This document shows, in pieces, positions 18,843 to 26,091 of a DNA stretch of 56,016 nt. Both the position numbers and the translations under genes were made by a program. The notes below the pieces were generated by a model, which was not told where the DNA came from, ran no database searches, and saw only the letters and a program-made list of their open reading frames with translations. Origin of the DNA: a virus. How positions within the stretch are numbered: position 1 is the stretch's first letter; each line of letters begins with the position of its first letter. The stretch is from the IMG/VR virus record IMGVR_UViG_3300012925_000002; one strand, written 5' to 3'.

Positions 18843-19715
18843 ATGCAACACCCCTACGCGGTGCTGGAGAGCGAGTACGCGGCCTATCTGGCGCATTTGT
18901 CGGTGACGCCTTCCAAGACCGGCGCGATCGATGCGGCAGCGAAGCGGATCCTGCGGCCTGAGAACATGGACGTCTACCAGGCCGCGGTTGAGGGCACGCA
19001 GATCCCGGCTGCCTTCATCGGCGTGCTCGAGCTGCGTGAAAGCAACTGCGATCCGACCCGGGCGCTGGGGCAGGGCGACCGCTGGGACCGCGTCTCCGTC
19101 AACGTGCCGCGCGGCAAAGGGCCGTTCAAATCCCGCCTCGACGCGATGAAATTCTACATCCATTACGACGGCATCGACGACAACACCCATCCGTGGGCGA
19201 TGGAGTATGGTTGCTACAGAGGCGAGGGATGGAATGGCTGGGGCCCGCGCATGCGCGGCCGACCGACCGGTTACCTCTGGGCCGGCACCTCGATCTACGA
19301 CAGACCGACGGGTGCGGGCGGCAAGTACGTCTCTGACGGCGTCTGGTCGCCGACCACTTATGACGTGCAGCTCGGCATCGTGCCGGTGCTGCTGCGGATC
19401 GCGCAGCTGCGGCCGGAATTTGCGATCGGCACGGCGCTGCCGCATCTCGAAGCGCCGGTGATCGTTCCGCAGATTGCGCCCGTTCCGCAGGGCCTCGGAG
19501 TCGGACTGCTCGATACCAGCGATATCGACAGCGTCAAGGCGCTGGAGCTCGCGCTCAACGCTTCGGGAGTGCTGTCCGCGCCGATCGTCGTCAACGGCAA
19601 TTACGACCGTGAGACGGCTAACGCGGTTCGCGCCTACCAGAAAGCCAGGGGCCTGCATGTCGACGGCCTGGCTGGACCCGAAACCATCGACAGTCTCGGA
19701 TTGGAGCGGGCATGA
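18843..19715 (+). CDS. Endolysin: lysozyme-like N-domain + PG_binding_1 C-domain
   Basis: C-terminus ..AVRAYQKARGLHVDGLAGPETIDSL.. is the peptidoglycan-binding repeat. N-domain has ..LELRESNCDP... Confidence 0.75.
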   Translation: MQHPYAVLESEYAAYLAHLSVTPSKTGAIDAAAKRILRPENMDVYQAAVEGTQIPAAFIGVLELRESNCDPTRALGQGDRWDRVSVNVPRGKGPFKSRLDAMKFYIHYDGIDDNTHPWAMEYGCYRGEGWNGWGPRMRGRPTGYLWAGTSIYDRPTGAGGKYVSDGVWSPTTYDVQLGIVPVLLRIAQLRPEFAIGTALPHLEAPVIVPQIAPVPQGLGVGLLDTSDIDSVKALELALNASGVLSAPIVVNGNYDRETANAVRAYQKARGLHVDGLAGPETIDSLGLERA

Positions 19716-20002
19716 ACCGGTTTCTCCTCGCAATGGCACTGGCGGCTCTCGCCGGCACTGCACTCGCCCAGAACTTCGGCGCGCCGCGCGGCGACTATGC
19801 CCGCTCGATCGGTGAGAGCTATCAAAGCGAGCCCCGCTGTCGCGCTCTCGACTGCGTGTACCCCGGCGACCCCGTGCGGTCCGGCAATCCGATGATACAG
19901 GTGTGCCCGGATGGTTGGGGCTACGGCCCGACGCGCTCCGGGGAAATTCCGAAGTGCGTCGCATCCGAAGACGACAAGAACGCCCGGGACGGCCTGAAAT
20001 GA
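19712..20002 (+). CDS. Small exported protein (4 Cys), lysis-region
   Basis: MNRFLLAMALAALAGTALA|QN. No lipobox, so not an obvious o-spanin. Confidence 0.5.
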   Translation: MNRFLLAMALAALAGTALAQNFGAPRGDYARSIGESYQSEPRCRALDCVYPGDPVRSGNPMIQVCPDGWGYGPTRSGEIPKCVASEDDKNARDGLK

Positions 20003-20463
20003 TCACGCTCCGCTTCGTCACCGGATCGAGCCTGTCCTCGAAGCTGATCCGCCTTCAGGCCGGCGTCTCGATGCCGTTCACGCCAAGCCACGTCGAGGCG
20101 CTGACTCCGGACGGGCGGGATTGCGTCGGCGCGCATATCGATCTCGGGGTGGCGGCGCGCCCGGTCGGCTATGACGTCGATACGCTGCTGACGCTGCCGG
20201 ATGGCTCCAAGTCCGAACGGCTGGTGCACCTGCCGTGCAGTGATGAGCAGGAATCTAAATTCTACGGCTTCGTGCATTCGAAGATCGGTACCGCCTATGA
20301 CCACAAGGCCATCTTCGGCTTTGTCGATCCCGGCCATCATCACGACGTCGATCACATCATCTGTTCGGCGTTCATGGTGTGGGCGTTGCGGACCTGCGGC
20401 TATTTCCCGATGCCGCTGACGGTGCCGTTCCATCACATCTCGCCAAGAGACTTAGAGACTTGA
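19999..20463 (+). CDS. Permuted papain-like (YiiX/C92, NlpC/P60-related) amidase candidate
   Basis: ATGA coupling. ..PSHVEAL.. then ..GTAYDHK.. then ..HIICSAFMVWAL.. follows the His..YD..CS order of the C92 family. Confidence 0.55.
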   Translation: MITLRFVTGSSLSSKLIRLQAGVSMPFTPSHVEALTPDGRDCVGAHIDLGVAARPVGYDVDTLLTLPDGSKSERLVHLPCSDEQESKFYGFVHSKIGTAYDHKAIFGFVDPGHHHDVDHIICSAFMVWALRTCGYFPMPLTVPFHHISPRDLET

Positions 20464-20499
20464 TGCTGATCCTCTCAAGCCACGTTCAAATCGATCATT

Positions 20500-20633
20500 G
20501 AAGGCTGGTTCAATCCGACACGGAACAAACTGCTTCTGGTTTGCGATCACCTGGGCAGGGCGTTCGCTGATGCCTGACTTCTCCACTGCTGAAGCGCCGG
20601 CAGTGCCGCGCTGAATCAAACCTTTCCCTCACC
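20500..20633 (+). repeat. Bipartite junction repeat, copy A (5' and 3' halves contiguous)
   Basis: ~85% identical to 22338..22471. Flanked by exact 12-nt direct repeats TCAAATCGATCA (20486-20497 and 20634-20645). Confidence 0.85.
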
Positions 20634-20667
20634 TCAAATCGATCACCTAGAAAAAGGAACCTAAAAC

Positions 20668-21438
20668 ATGCCGCAGATTGATCCGAAATTCACCTTCTGG
20701 TTCGGTATCTGGACCAACCTTCTTGTCTTCATTGCCGGCTACGGCATCGATCATGCTCCAACGATCATTCAGCAGTACGCACCCTCCGTGCAGTGGGTGG
20801 TCGGGATGATTGCACAAGCCAATGGCGTGATCCTGACGGCGCTGATCGGCATCTCCTCGAGCAAGGTGGGACCGCTGGTCAGTGTGCCGGCGAGCGCCAT
20901 CAAGCCGGCCGTCATCCTCGCGATCCTGCTCGGCGGCATGTTCGCCTTTCCGGGCGACGCTTCCGCGGAGATCCGGCTGAAGCCGCTCATCGCTACCGCG
21001 TCGGCGGTACCCCGCACGGATCCGCTGACGAAGTTCATGGGCGATCTCGCCGCGATCAAAAAGGAAGTGGTCGACGGCATCGTTGCCGACTTCAACGCGG
21101 CGGACGCCGACGCGGCAACGCTGACGAATGCCAGCGACCCGACCAGCTTCAGCGATCCGATCAGCCATGCCTGCTACCCGGCCGCGGTCAAATTTCTGCT
21201 ATCGCTGCCGACGGCGTCCGCTCCAACCGGCCAGTTCATCCTGGTGCAGCTGTTCCAGAAGAAGCGTGACTTCGTAGCCCAGATCAAGGCGGGGCTGCCG
21301 GTCTATCTTAAGCTCGGCTGCGCGCCATTGTTGGGCGATGAGGCTGCGATCTTCGCCAAGCTGATGGGGCTGGTCGGCGTCAAGGTCGGGCTCGATGCCT
21401 TGGCGCCGGGGCTTGGGCTCGCGATGCCGATACTGTAG
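20668..21438 (+). CDS. Membrane protein (3 N-terminal TM segments), holin-region candidate
   Basis: Hydrophobic segments FWFGIWTNLLVFIAGYGI, WVVGMIAQANGVILTALIGI, IKPAVILAILLGGMFAF. Confidence 0.6.
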   Translation: MPQIDPKFTFWFGIWTNLLVFIAGYGIDHAPTIIQQYAPSVQWVVGMIAQANGVILTALIGISSSKVGPLVSVPASAIKPAVILAILLGGMFAFPGDASAEIRLKPLIATASAVPRTDPLTKFMGDLAAIKKEVVDGIVADFNAADADAATLTNASDPTSFSDPISHACYPAAVKFLLSLPTASAPTGQFILVQLFQKKRDFVAQIKAGLPVYLKLGCAPLLGDEAAIFAKLMGLVGVKVGLDALAPGLGLAMPIL

Positions 21439-21454
21439 CCGGCTGGCCCCGCCG

Positions 21455-21814
21455 ATGCCCGACAGCATGCATGAGGTGAGCCGCTCGATCGGCTCGCTCG
21501 AGGCCTCGGTCACCAATTTGACCGAGACCTGGCAGCGGCAGGACCGCGAAGCCACGGAAGGCCGAAGGCGGCTCCATGAGAAAATGGATGGCCTGAAATC
21601 GCAACAGGAGGCGCTCGCTTCAACCGTTGCGCTACAGACCAAAAAGCTTGCGGAGGTCGAGCCGGCGATCAAGCGTTTCGAGGCGGAACGACAGCGGCAG
21701 GCGGGTGCCCGCTCGCTTGCCAAACTGCTGTGGGGTGGTGTCCTCGCCTTCGCGGCCGGGCTTGGTTACATCGCGCACGAGCTGATGGTCATCCTCTGGC
21801 CGCCGAAGCACTGA
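21455..21814 (+). CDS. Coiled-coil protein with C-terminal TM anchor (DUF1515-like by eye)
   Basis: ..LLWGGVLAFAAGLGYIAHELMVILW at the C-terminus. Heptad-like middle region. Confidence 0.5.
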   Translation: MPDSMHEVSRSIGSLEASVTNLTETWQRQDREATEGRRRLHEKMDGLKSQQEALASTVALQTKKLAEVEPAIKRFEAERQRQAGARSLAKLLWGGVLAFAAGLGYIAHELMVILWPPKH

Positions 21815-22329
21815 TGATGGAACCTCGCAAACTGGCTCTCACGCTGCTCGTGACACTCGCGCTCGGCGCCGTCGCATTTGTCGTCGAAACGTTGGTCGAT
21901 CGCTTCCGGCCAAACATGGGCCTGGTCGGGCGGTTCTTCATCATGCTGATGCTCGTGCTTGTTGTCGGGCTCGCTGCGATCGGGCTGGCGCACGCCCATG
22001 ACGAAGGACAATGGGGCAAATCGGATCCGGCCGTGCGTGATTGGTATCAGGGCCTGATGCAGCCGGACAATCCCAGCGTCTCTTGCTGCGGTGAAGCGGA
22101 CGCCTATTGGGCGGACGAGATCCATATCCGGGACGGCAAAACCTACGTCACCATCACGGATCCGCGCGACGATGCGCCGCTGCATCGACCGCATGTCGAA
22201 AACGGCACCGAGATCGAGATCCCGGACCACAAGTTGAAATGGGACCGGGGGAATCCGACCGGGCATGGCGTGCTGTTCTTGAGCCGGGGGCTTTACGTTT
22301 ATTGCTACGTGCAGCCGGGTGGGGTGTGA
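21814..22329 (+). CDS. Membrane protein with periplasmic Cys-containing domain
   Basis: TGATG coupling. Two N-terminal hydrophobic segments. ..SCCGEADAYWADE... Confidence 0.55.
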   Translation: MMEPRKLALTLLVTLALGAVAFVVETLVDRFRPNMGLVGRFFIMLMLVLVVGLAAIGLAHAHDEGQWGKSDPAVRDWYQGLMQPDNPSVSCCGEADAYWADEIHIRDGKTYVTITDPRDDAPLHRPHVENGTEIEIPDHKLKWDRGNPTGHGVLFLSRGLYVYCYVQPGGV

Positions 22330-22337
22330 GGTCGGAA

Positions 22338-22471
22338 GAAGGCTTGATTCAATCGGACACGGAGCAAGCTGCTTCTGGTTTGCGATCACCTGCGCAGCGC
22401 ATTCGCTGATGCCTGACTTCTCCGCTGCCGAAGCATCGAAGGTGCCGCGCTGAATCATATTCTTCCTCACC
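22338..22471 (+). repeat. Bipartite junction repeat, copy B (halves contiguous)
   Basis: 5' half 22338-22392 and 3' half 22410-22471. Aligns to copy A without internal indels. Confidence 0.85.
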
Positions 22472-22539
22472 GCACCATCATCATCGGCGCCCGCACCCAA
22501 TACGTCGTCAAAGTCTCCCCGGAAGACTACGACTTCCTG

Positions 22540-22869
22540 ATGCAGTGGAAGTGGACCTATGCCGTGTCCCATCCAATGCATGGCGGCCTGGTCTATGCCC
22601 GACGATCAATCCGCCAAGGCGACCAGAACGTCACGGTCCTGATGCATCGGGTCATCATCACCGAACGGATGGGGCTACCGCGACCCTCCGACAAACACTT
22701 CGTCGATCACGACAACGGCGCCAGCCTCGACAACCGCCGCGTCAACGATCGAGGCCGGGCCCAGCTCGCCTGGCTCACGGCCAAAGAGAACCGTGCCAAG
22801 CAATACGGCATCCGCGCAACCCCGGTAGTTCCGGCGTTCCGGGGCGTGATGAGCGATATCCCGTTTTGA
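22540..22869 (+). CDS. HNH (HNH_3-type) homing-endonuclease-like protein; true start probably upstream and non-canonical
   Basis: ..HRVIITERMG..FVDHDNGASLDNRRVN.. HNH motif. The frame is open from 22417 with family-like sequence before the first ATG. Confidence 0.7.
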   Translation: MQWKWTYAVSHPMHGGLVYARRSIRQGDQNVTVLMHRVIITERMGLPRPSDKHFVDHDNGASLDNRRVNDRGRAQLAWLTAKENRAKQYGIRATPVVPAFRGVMSDIPF

Positions 22870-22920
22870 GAGAAACCGCGCCGGCCGGATGCCGGCAATC
22901 CCGCAAGAGGAAGAACCACC

Positions 22921-23253
22921 ATGCCACTCGCTGCAACTGAGGCCTCGATCGAGGCCGAACTGCAAACCAAGGGCCTCAATGCCCCACGCCTCACGCCCAC
23001 GCTGATCGATGCTGCGATCGTGTCGGAGGCCTATCACGTCTTTCCGGGCACCACGATGACGGTCTGTGCGCTGACCTTGCGCAATGGTTTCATCGTTCTC
23101 GGAGAAAGTGCCGCGGCTAGCTACGCCAACTTCGATGAGTCGATCGGCCGGCGCATCGCCCGCGACAATGCCCGGAACAAGATTTGGGCGCTGGAGGGAT
23201 ATTTGCTGCGCGAGCGGCTTTCGGCCGACAAACGCCTGGAACAGGGCTGGTAG
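22921..23253 (+). CDS. N4 gp49 / Sf6 gp66 family protein
   Basis: ..TMTVCALTLRNGFIVLGESAAASYANFDESIGRRIARDNARNKIWALEGYLL.. matches the family pattern from memory. Confidence 0.7.
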   Translation: MPLAATEASIEAELQTKGLNAPRLTPTLIDAAIVSEAYHVFPGTTMTVCALTLRNGFIVLGESAAASYANFDESIGRRIARDNARNKIWALEGYLLRERLSADKRLEQGW

Positions 23254-23329
23254 ATTCCGAAAACCGCACCCGGGAACTGCTCCCCGGAGCGGAACCTTGC
23301 GGTCGAATTAGAACCCCGATCGCCCTTGA

Positions 23330-23362
23330 CCCGCTGTCCTTAGCCGGACGGCGGGTCTTTTT
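23330..23362 (+). terminator. Intrinsic terminator ending the late operon
   Basis: CCCGCTGTCC-ttagcc-GGACGGCGGG (10-bp stem, one G-U) followed by TCTTTTT. Confidence 0.75.
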
Positions 23363-23390
23363 GTCAGCGTGCGGACAGAATGCGAACGGG

Positions 23391-23409
23391 TCTGGGATTT
23401 ATTCTGGGA
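23391..23409 (+). promoter_or_regulatory. Candidate integrase arm-type sites (P arm): TCTGGGA x2, 12-nt register
   Basis: TCTGGGAtttatTCTGGGA. The same pair with the same spacing occurs at 23645-23663 on the other side of the core. Confidence 0.5.
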
Positions 23410-23536
23410 CTTTGCGTCCGCTAGCGCGGTGTTACGTCCGCTTTGATCCCGTTGCGTTCGCGGCGAGGGGTGATTTCCTCCAAGGCCGAAAACGAACGAA
23501 AACCCAACAAAATCAACATTTGATGATGATTTCCTC

Positions 23537-23582
23537 TGGCGCACTCGGAGAGATTCGAACTCCCGACCCTCGGAATCGAAAG
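23537..23582 (-). other. attP core: 3' fragment of a tRNA gene (T-arm, acceptor 3' strand, CCA)
   Basis: The minus strand reads ..GGGAGTTCGAATCTCTCCGAGTGCGCCA. No matching 5' acceptor strand or D-arm, so not a full tRNA. A possible anticodon loop TTTCGAT would imply Arg-UCG (weak). Confidence 0.7.
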
Positions 23583-23600
23583 ACGGGGGTCGTGTAGGAT

Positions 23601-24758
23601 TTACGCTTTGTCCTTCAATGGCTTGGCATCCGGCAGAGTTCCGCTCTGGGATTTTTTCTGGGATTCCACGCTTTCCATGCCAGCGCGCAGATCGGCGAAA
23701 GTGGTATCGGTATAGAACATCGCGGTCGTTCTGATCTCGGTGTGCCGCAATAGCGTCTGCACGAGCTTCAGGTTACCCGTGGCGCGCAGGGTGCGCTGGC
23801 CTGTCGTGTGACGCGTATCGTGCAAGCGCGCATCCACGCCCGCCTTGGCCCATTTGCGGCGCCGGTTGGTGCCGATGCCATAATAGGTCATCGGGTAGCG
23901 TTGGCCCTTGATGAACTTGCGGTCGGTCTTCGGGCAGCGCCTGGTGCGCTGGGCAACGAAGGTAAACACCCAAAGCTTGTCGTGGCCGCGCAGGCGCCAA
24001 AGGATTTCATAGGCCCGCATGGTCAGCGGCAGAATGGCCGGCACGCCGCCTTTGCCGACGATCCGGATGATACGCTGATCAAAATCCACCTGCGGCCACG
24101 TCAGAAGCATTTCCTTTCGCCGCAGGCCCATGATCTCGGCAAATTCCCGAAGCCCGGCGAATTCGCGGCTCTCGACGGCGTCGAGTATGGCATCTTCCGC
24201 AGGGGTAATCTCGCGAACCGGCTGCTTGCGTTCGGGGAGAAAGTGCTCTTTCCAGTCCGGTTCCTTCAGGATCGTGACCGACCATGCCTTGCGCGCCTTG
24301 TTCATGACGCGGCGCAAGAGTGATGGAACGGTCTTGTTGACCGTGCGGTTGCCGATCGGTCGATAAAGCTGGGTGCCCTTGGCGTCCCGGCCGGCGCGCA
24401 TGACGCCTTTCCTGCGGGCCTCGACGGCCGCGGAGACCATATCGTCGTTGATGTCGTGCAGCGCAACCTCAGGGCCGATCTGGGTTTTCAGCCAGTCCAA
24501 TGCCCGCTCCAGATCCGGGTCGCTGCCGTGCTGGCCGACCTGATCCCACCATCGATCGCACGCCGCGCCGACCGTCATCGGCCGCCGGCCGGCCTCAAGG
24601 GATTCCTTGACTAGGCGCCGGGCTTCGGCTTTGCGGCCGTCTTCGAACTCACGAGCCTTACGTTCATTCGCAAGGGACGTGGTCCCGTAAAAGCGATGAC
24701 CCTTGATCTGGAAATCGAATTGGAAATAGGGCGAACCTCGGACCCGAAAGACTGACAT
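23601..24758 (-). CDS. int: Tyrosine integrase
   Basis: 385 aa. ..HDTRHT.. and ..LLRHTEIRTTAMFY.. catalytic box. N-terminus SPYFQFDFQIKGHRFYG is an arm-binding type. Adjacent to the tRNA fragment. Confidence 0.9.
   Translation of the reverse strand: MSVFRVRGSPYFQFDFQIKGHRFYGTTSLANERKAREFEDGRKAEARRLVKESLEAGRRPMTVGAACDRWWDQVGQHGSDPDLERALDWLKTQIGPEVALHDINDDMVSAAVEARRKGVMRAGRDAKGTQLYRPIGNRTVNKTVPSLLRRVMNKARKAWSVTILKEPDWKEHFLPERKQPVREITPAEDAILDAVESREFAGLREFAEIMGLRRKEMLLTWPQVDFDQRIIRIVGKGGVPAILPLTMRAYEILWRLRGHDKLWVFTFVAQRTRRCPKTDRKFIKGQRYPMTYYGIGTNRRRKWAKAGVDARLHDTRHTTGQRTLRATGNLKLVQTLLRHTEIRTTAMFYTDTTFADLRAGMESVESQKKSQSGTLPDAKPLKDKA
23645..23663 (+). promoter_or_regulatory. Candidate integrase arm-type sites (P' arm), inside the int 3' end
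   Basis: TCTGGGAtttttTCTGGGA. Confidence 0.45.
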
Positions 24759-24994
24759 GCCACCCCCGTACGCCGGTAGAACTCGACCACGTCGGCAAGG
24801 GTACAGACGTAGTGCCGCCGCTCAAGGCCGGTTCCCTTGATATGCACCGGGAGATTTTGGGCCTCCCGGTGCCTGGTAAGCGTCTTTAAGTCCATCCGGA
24901 GTGCCTTGGCTAGCGCCGGCATCGTCAAGTGAGGGGACCCCGCAAAGGCGGCTCGGACTTCCTCGGGGATGAGATCGATGGCCGCGAAGGTCAT
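24611..24994 (-). CDS. Excisionase-like HTH protein; the frame overlaps int by 148 nt
   Basis: ATGA coupling to the upstream gene. ..MPALAKALRMDLKTLTRHREA.. is HTH-like. There is no in-frame stop before 24611. Confidence 0.45.
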   Translation of the reverse strand: MTFAAIDLIPEEVRAAFAGSPHLTMPALAKALRMDLKTLTRHREAQNLPVHIKGTGLERRHYVCTLADVVEFYRRTGVACQSFGSEVRPISNSISRSRVIAFTGPRPLRMNVRLVSSKTAAKPKPGA

Positions 24995-25470
24995 TTGCAA
25001 CCCGCCTCTATCCAAAGGGCCAACCGTCCTTCGTGCCGATACCATTCGCCTTGTGTGCGATATGTGGCAAACCGGTGGTGCAACTGTCGCTCGCGGGCGC
25101 GGCCCGGACCTTCGATGACCTTGTGCACCTTCATCCGGAGGGGCAAGCCCGTCTGTAAGCTCGCCAGCCGATGGTAAAGGTGGCTTGAAAAGCCAATCTT
25201 GATGAATTCCATGAACTGAATCACGTAAATGCCATAGAGTCGCTCTTTGTCGGGCGCGCGAGAACGCAGGACAAGGCTCGCACGCGACCAAAATTCGCCA
25301 TTTAGTGGCGCCGGGATCCTGTTGAGCAGGCGATAGTAATTGAAGTCTTCGATCGATAGGCGAAGGTGAGCGGCGGCTTGCTCGATGTTGAGCCAGTCAG
25401 CGGTTGGGTGCAGACCGATCGATTGGAGGGCAGGGCGTTCCTGACCGCTGGCAAGGGCTTGGCGGGGCAT
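24991..25470 (-). CDS. HTH + T5orf172 (MUG113/GIY-YIG-related) domain protein
   Basis: ..LNIEQAAAHLRLSIEDF.. then ..YGIYVIQFMEFIKIGFSS..LQTG..ERQLHHRFATYRTQGEWY... Confidence 0.65.
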   Translation of the reverse strand: MPRQALASGQERPALQSIGLHPTADWLNIEQAAAHLRLSIEDFNYYRLLNRIPAPLNGEFWSRASLVLRSRAPDKERLYGIYVIQFMEFIKIGFSSHLYHRLASLQTGLPLRMKVHKVIEGPGRARERQLHHRFATYRTQGEWYRHEGRLALWIEAGCK

Positions 25471-25471
25471 T

Positions 25472-25660
25472 TTAGGAGGGTTTCCCCATATCTGGCTCGG
25501 ATATGGCCGCTTCGGCGGCCTTCCCGGATTCCTCCAGCACGGCCGTCATGCTCTCTTCGCACTCAGAGAGCGGCAGGGTGTTGAGGCCGAATTTGAATAG
25601 TTCCCGCCGGTCAAGAAGCTGCCGCTGCAGGGCTACGGCCATCAATGTGATTACGGTCAT
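25472..25660 (-). CDS. Hypothetical small protein (62 aa)
   Basis: Strong RBS GGAAGGAGGG before ATG 25660. Confidence 0.45.
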   Translation of the reverse strand: MTVITLMAVALQRQLLDRRELFKFGLNTLPLSECEESMTAVLEESGKAAEAAISEPDMGKPS

Positions 25661-25701
25661 GTTTCCCTCCTTCCAGCCTGCGCCAATTGGCGCAGCCTCC
25701 G

Positions 25702-26091
25702 TTAGTGTTCGGACGATCTCCGCATCGCTTCCAGGATCGGAAGGTTTGCTTCGGTCGGAACATAGATCGTCTCGCCATCGCGATGCTTCATCATCTCGAT
25801 CCATTGCCAGCGCAGATAAAGGTCATGCTGTTTGAGGTGTTCGCCGATGATCGTTATTTGTTGAGAAACCGCCTCGGCTTCGATGATTGCCGCTTGTTTG
25901 TTCAATTGCGCGGCCTGTAGGCGACCATTGGCCTCGGCGATCTGAATTTGTTGTTCGAAATTGGCTTGAGCCAAATCGGCTTCGCCAGCCTTGCGAGAAC
26001 TCCAGACGTTCCATGTCGGGAAAAACCAAAGCGAAAAGCCGATGATAATAACAATGCCGGTAGCGGCCGTAAAAAGTACGTTTTCCATCAT
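25702..26091 (-). CDS. N-terminally anchored coiled-coil membrane protein (SPFH C-terminal-like); lower-GC moron candidate
   Basis: TM segment FTAATGIVIIIGFSLWFF. ..AAIIEAEAVSQQ..YLRWQWIEMM... Visibly more AT-rich than the flanking sequence. Confidence 0.55.
   Translation of the reverse strand: MMENVLFTAATGIVIIIGFSLWFFPTWNVWSSRKAGEADLAQANFEQQIQIAEANGRLQAAQLNKQAAIIEAEAVSQQITIIGEHLKQHDLYLRWQWIEMMKHRDGETIYVPTEANLPILEAMRRSSEH

Noticed and set aside
17889-20021. 710-aa minus-strand ORF. Similar long antisense or alternate-frame ORFs occur at 53008-54696, 50765-52366, 39128-39982, 16869-17846 and 381-1667.
   Set aside because: They are Arg/Gly/Pro/Ala-rich, low-complexity shadow frames typical of high-GC DNA. 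They lie opposite or out of frame to genes with clear motifs (endolysin, portal, ATP-grasp, MTase, capsid). They have no RBS or coupling context.
20561-20600. Hammerhead-like CTGATG .. GAAG within repeat copies A and B.
   Set aside because: The core does not fit CUGANGA/GAAA. The CTGATG is replaced by GCTGCCG in copies E' and F', so it is not a conserved ribozyme core.
20500-20633. Protein-coding explanation for the repeat: the antisense peptide ..QVIANQxQ[LF][AV]PC[PR]IE.., or the sense mini-[17 protein letters not shown].
   Set aside because: Copies differ mostly by non-synonymous changes in every frame. Copies A and B differ by a 1-nt indel at the 5' boundary. The antisense frame is opposite to the surrounding operons in four of the five 5'-half copies. 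Nucleotide-level conservation fits better. This is not fully excluded, and copy D really is translated.
23537-23612. A complete tRNA gene on the minus strand next to int.
   Set aside because: Only the T-arm, the acceptor 3' strand and CCA are present. The sequence where the 5' acceptor strand and D-arm should be does not pair. It is interpreted as the attP core fragment.
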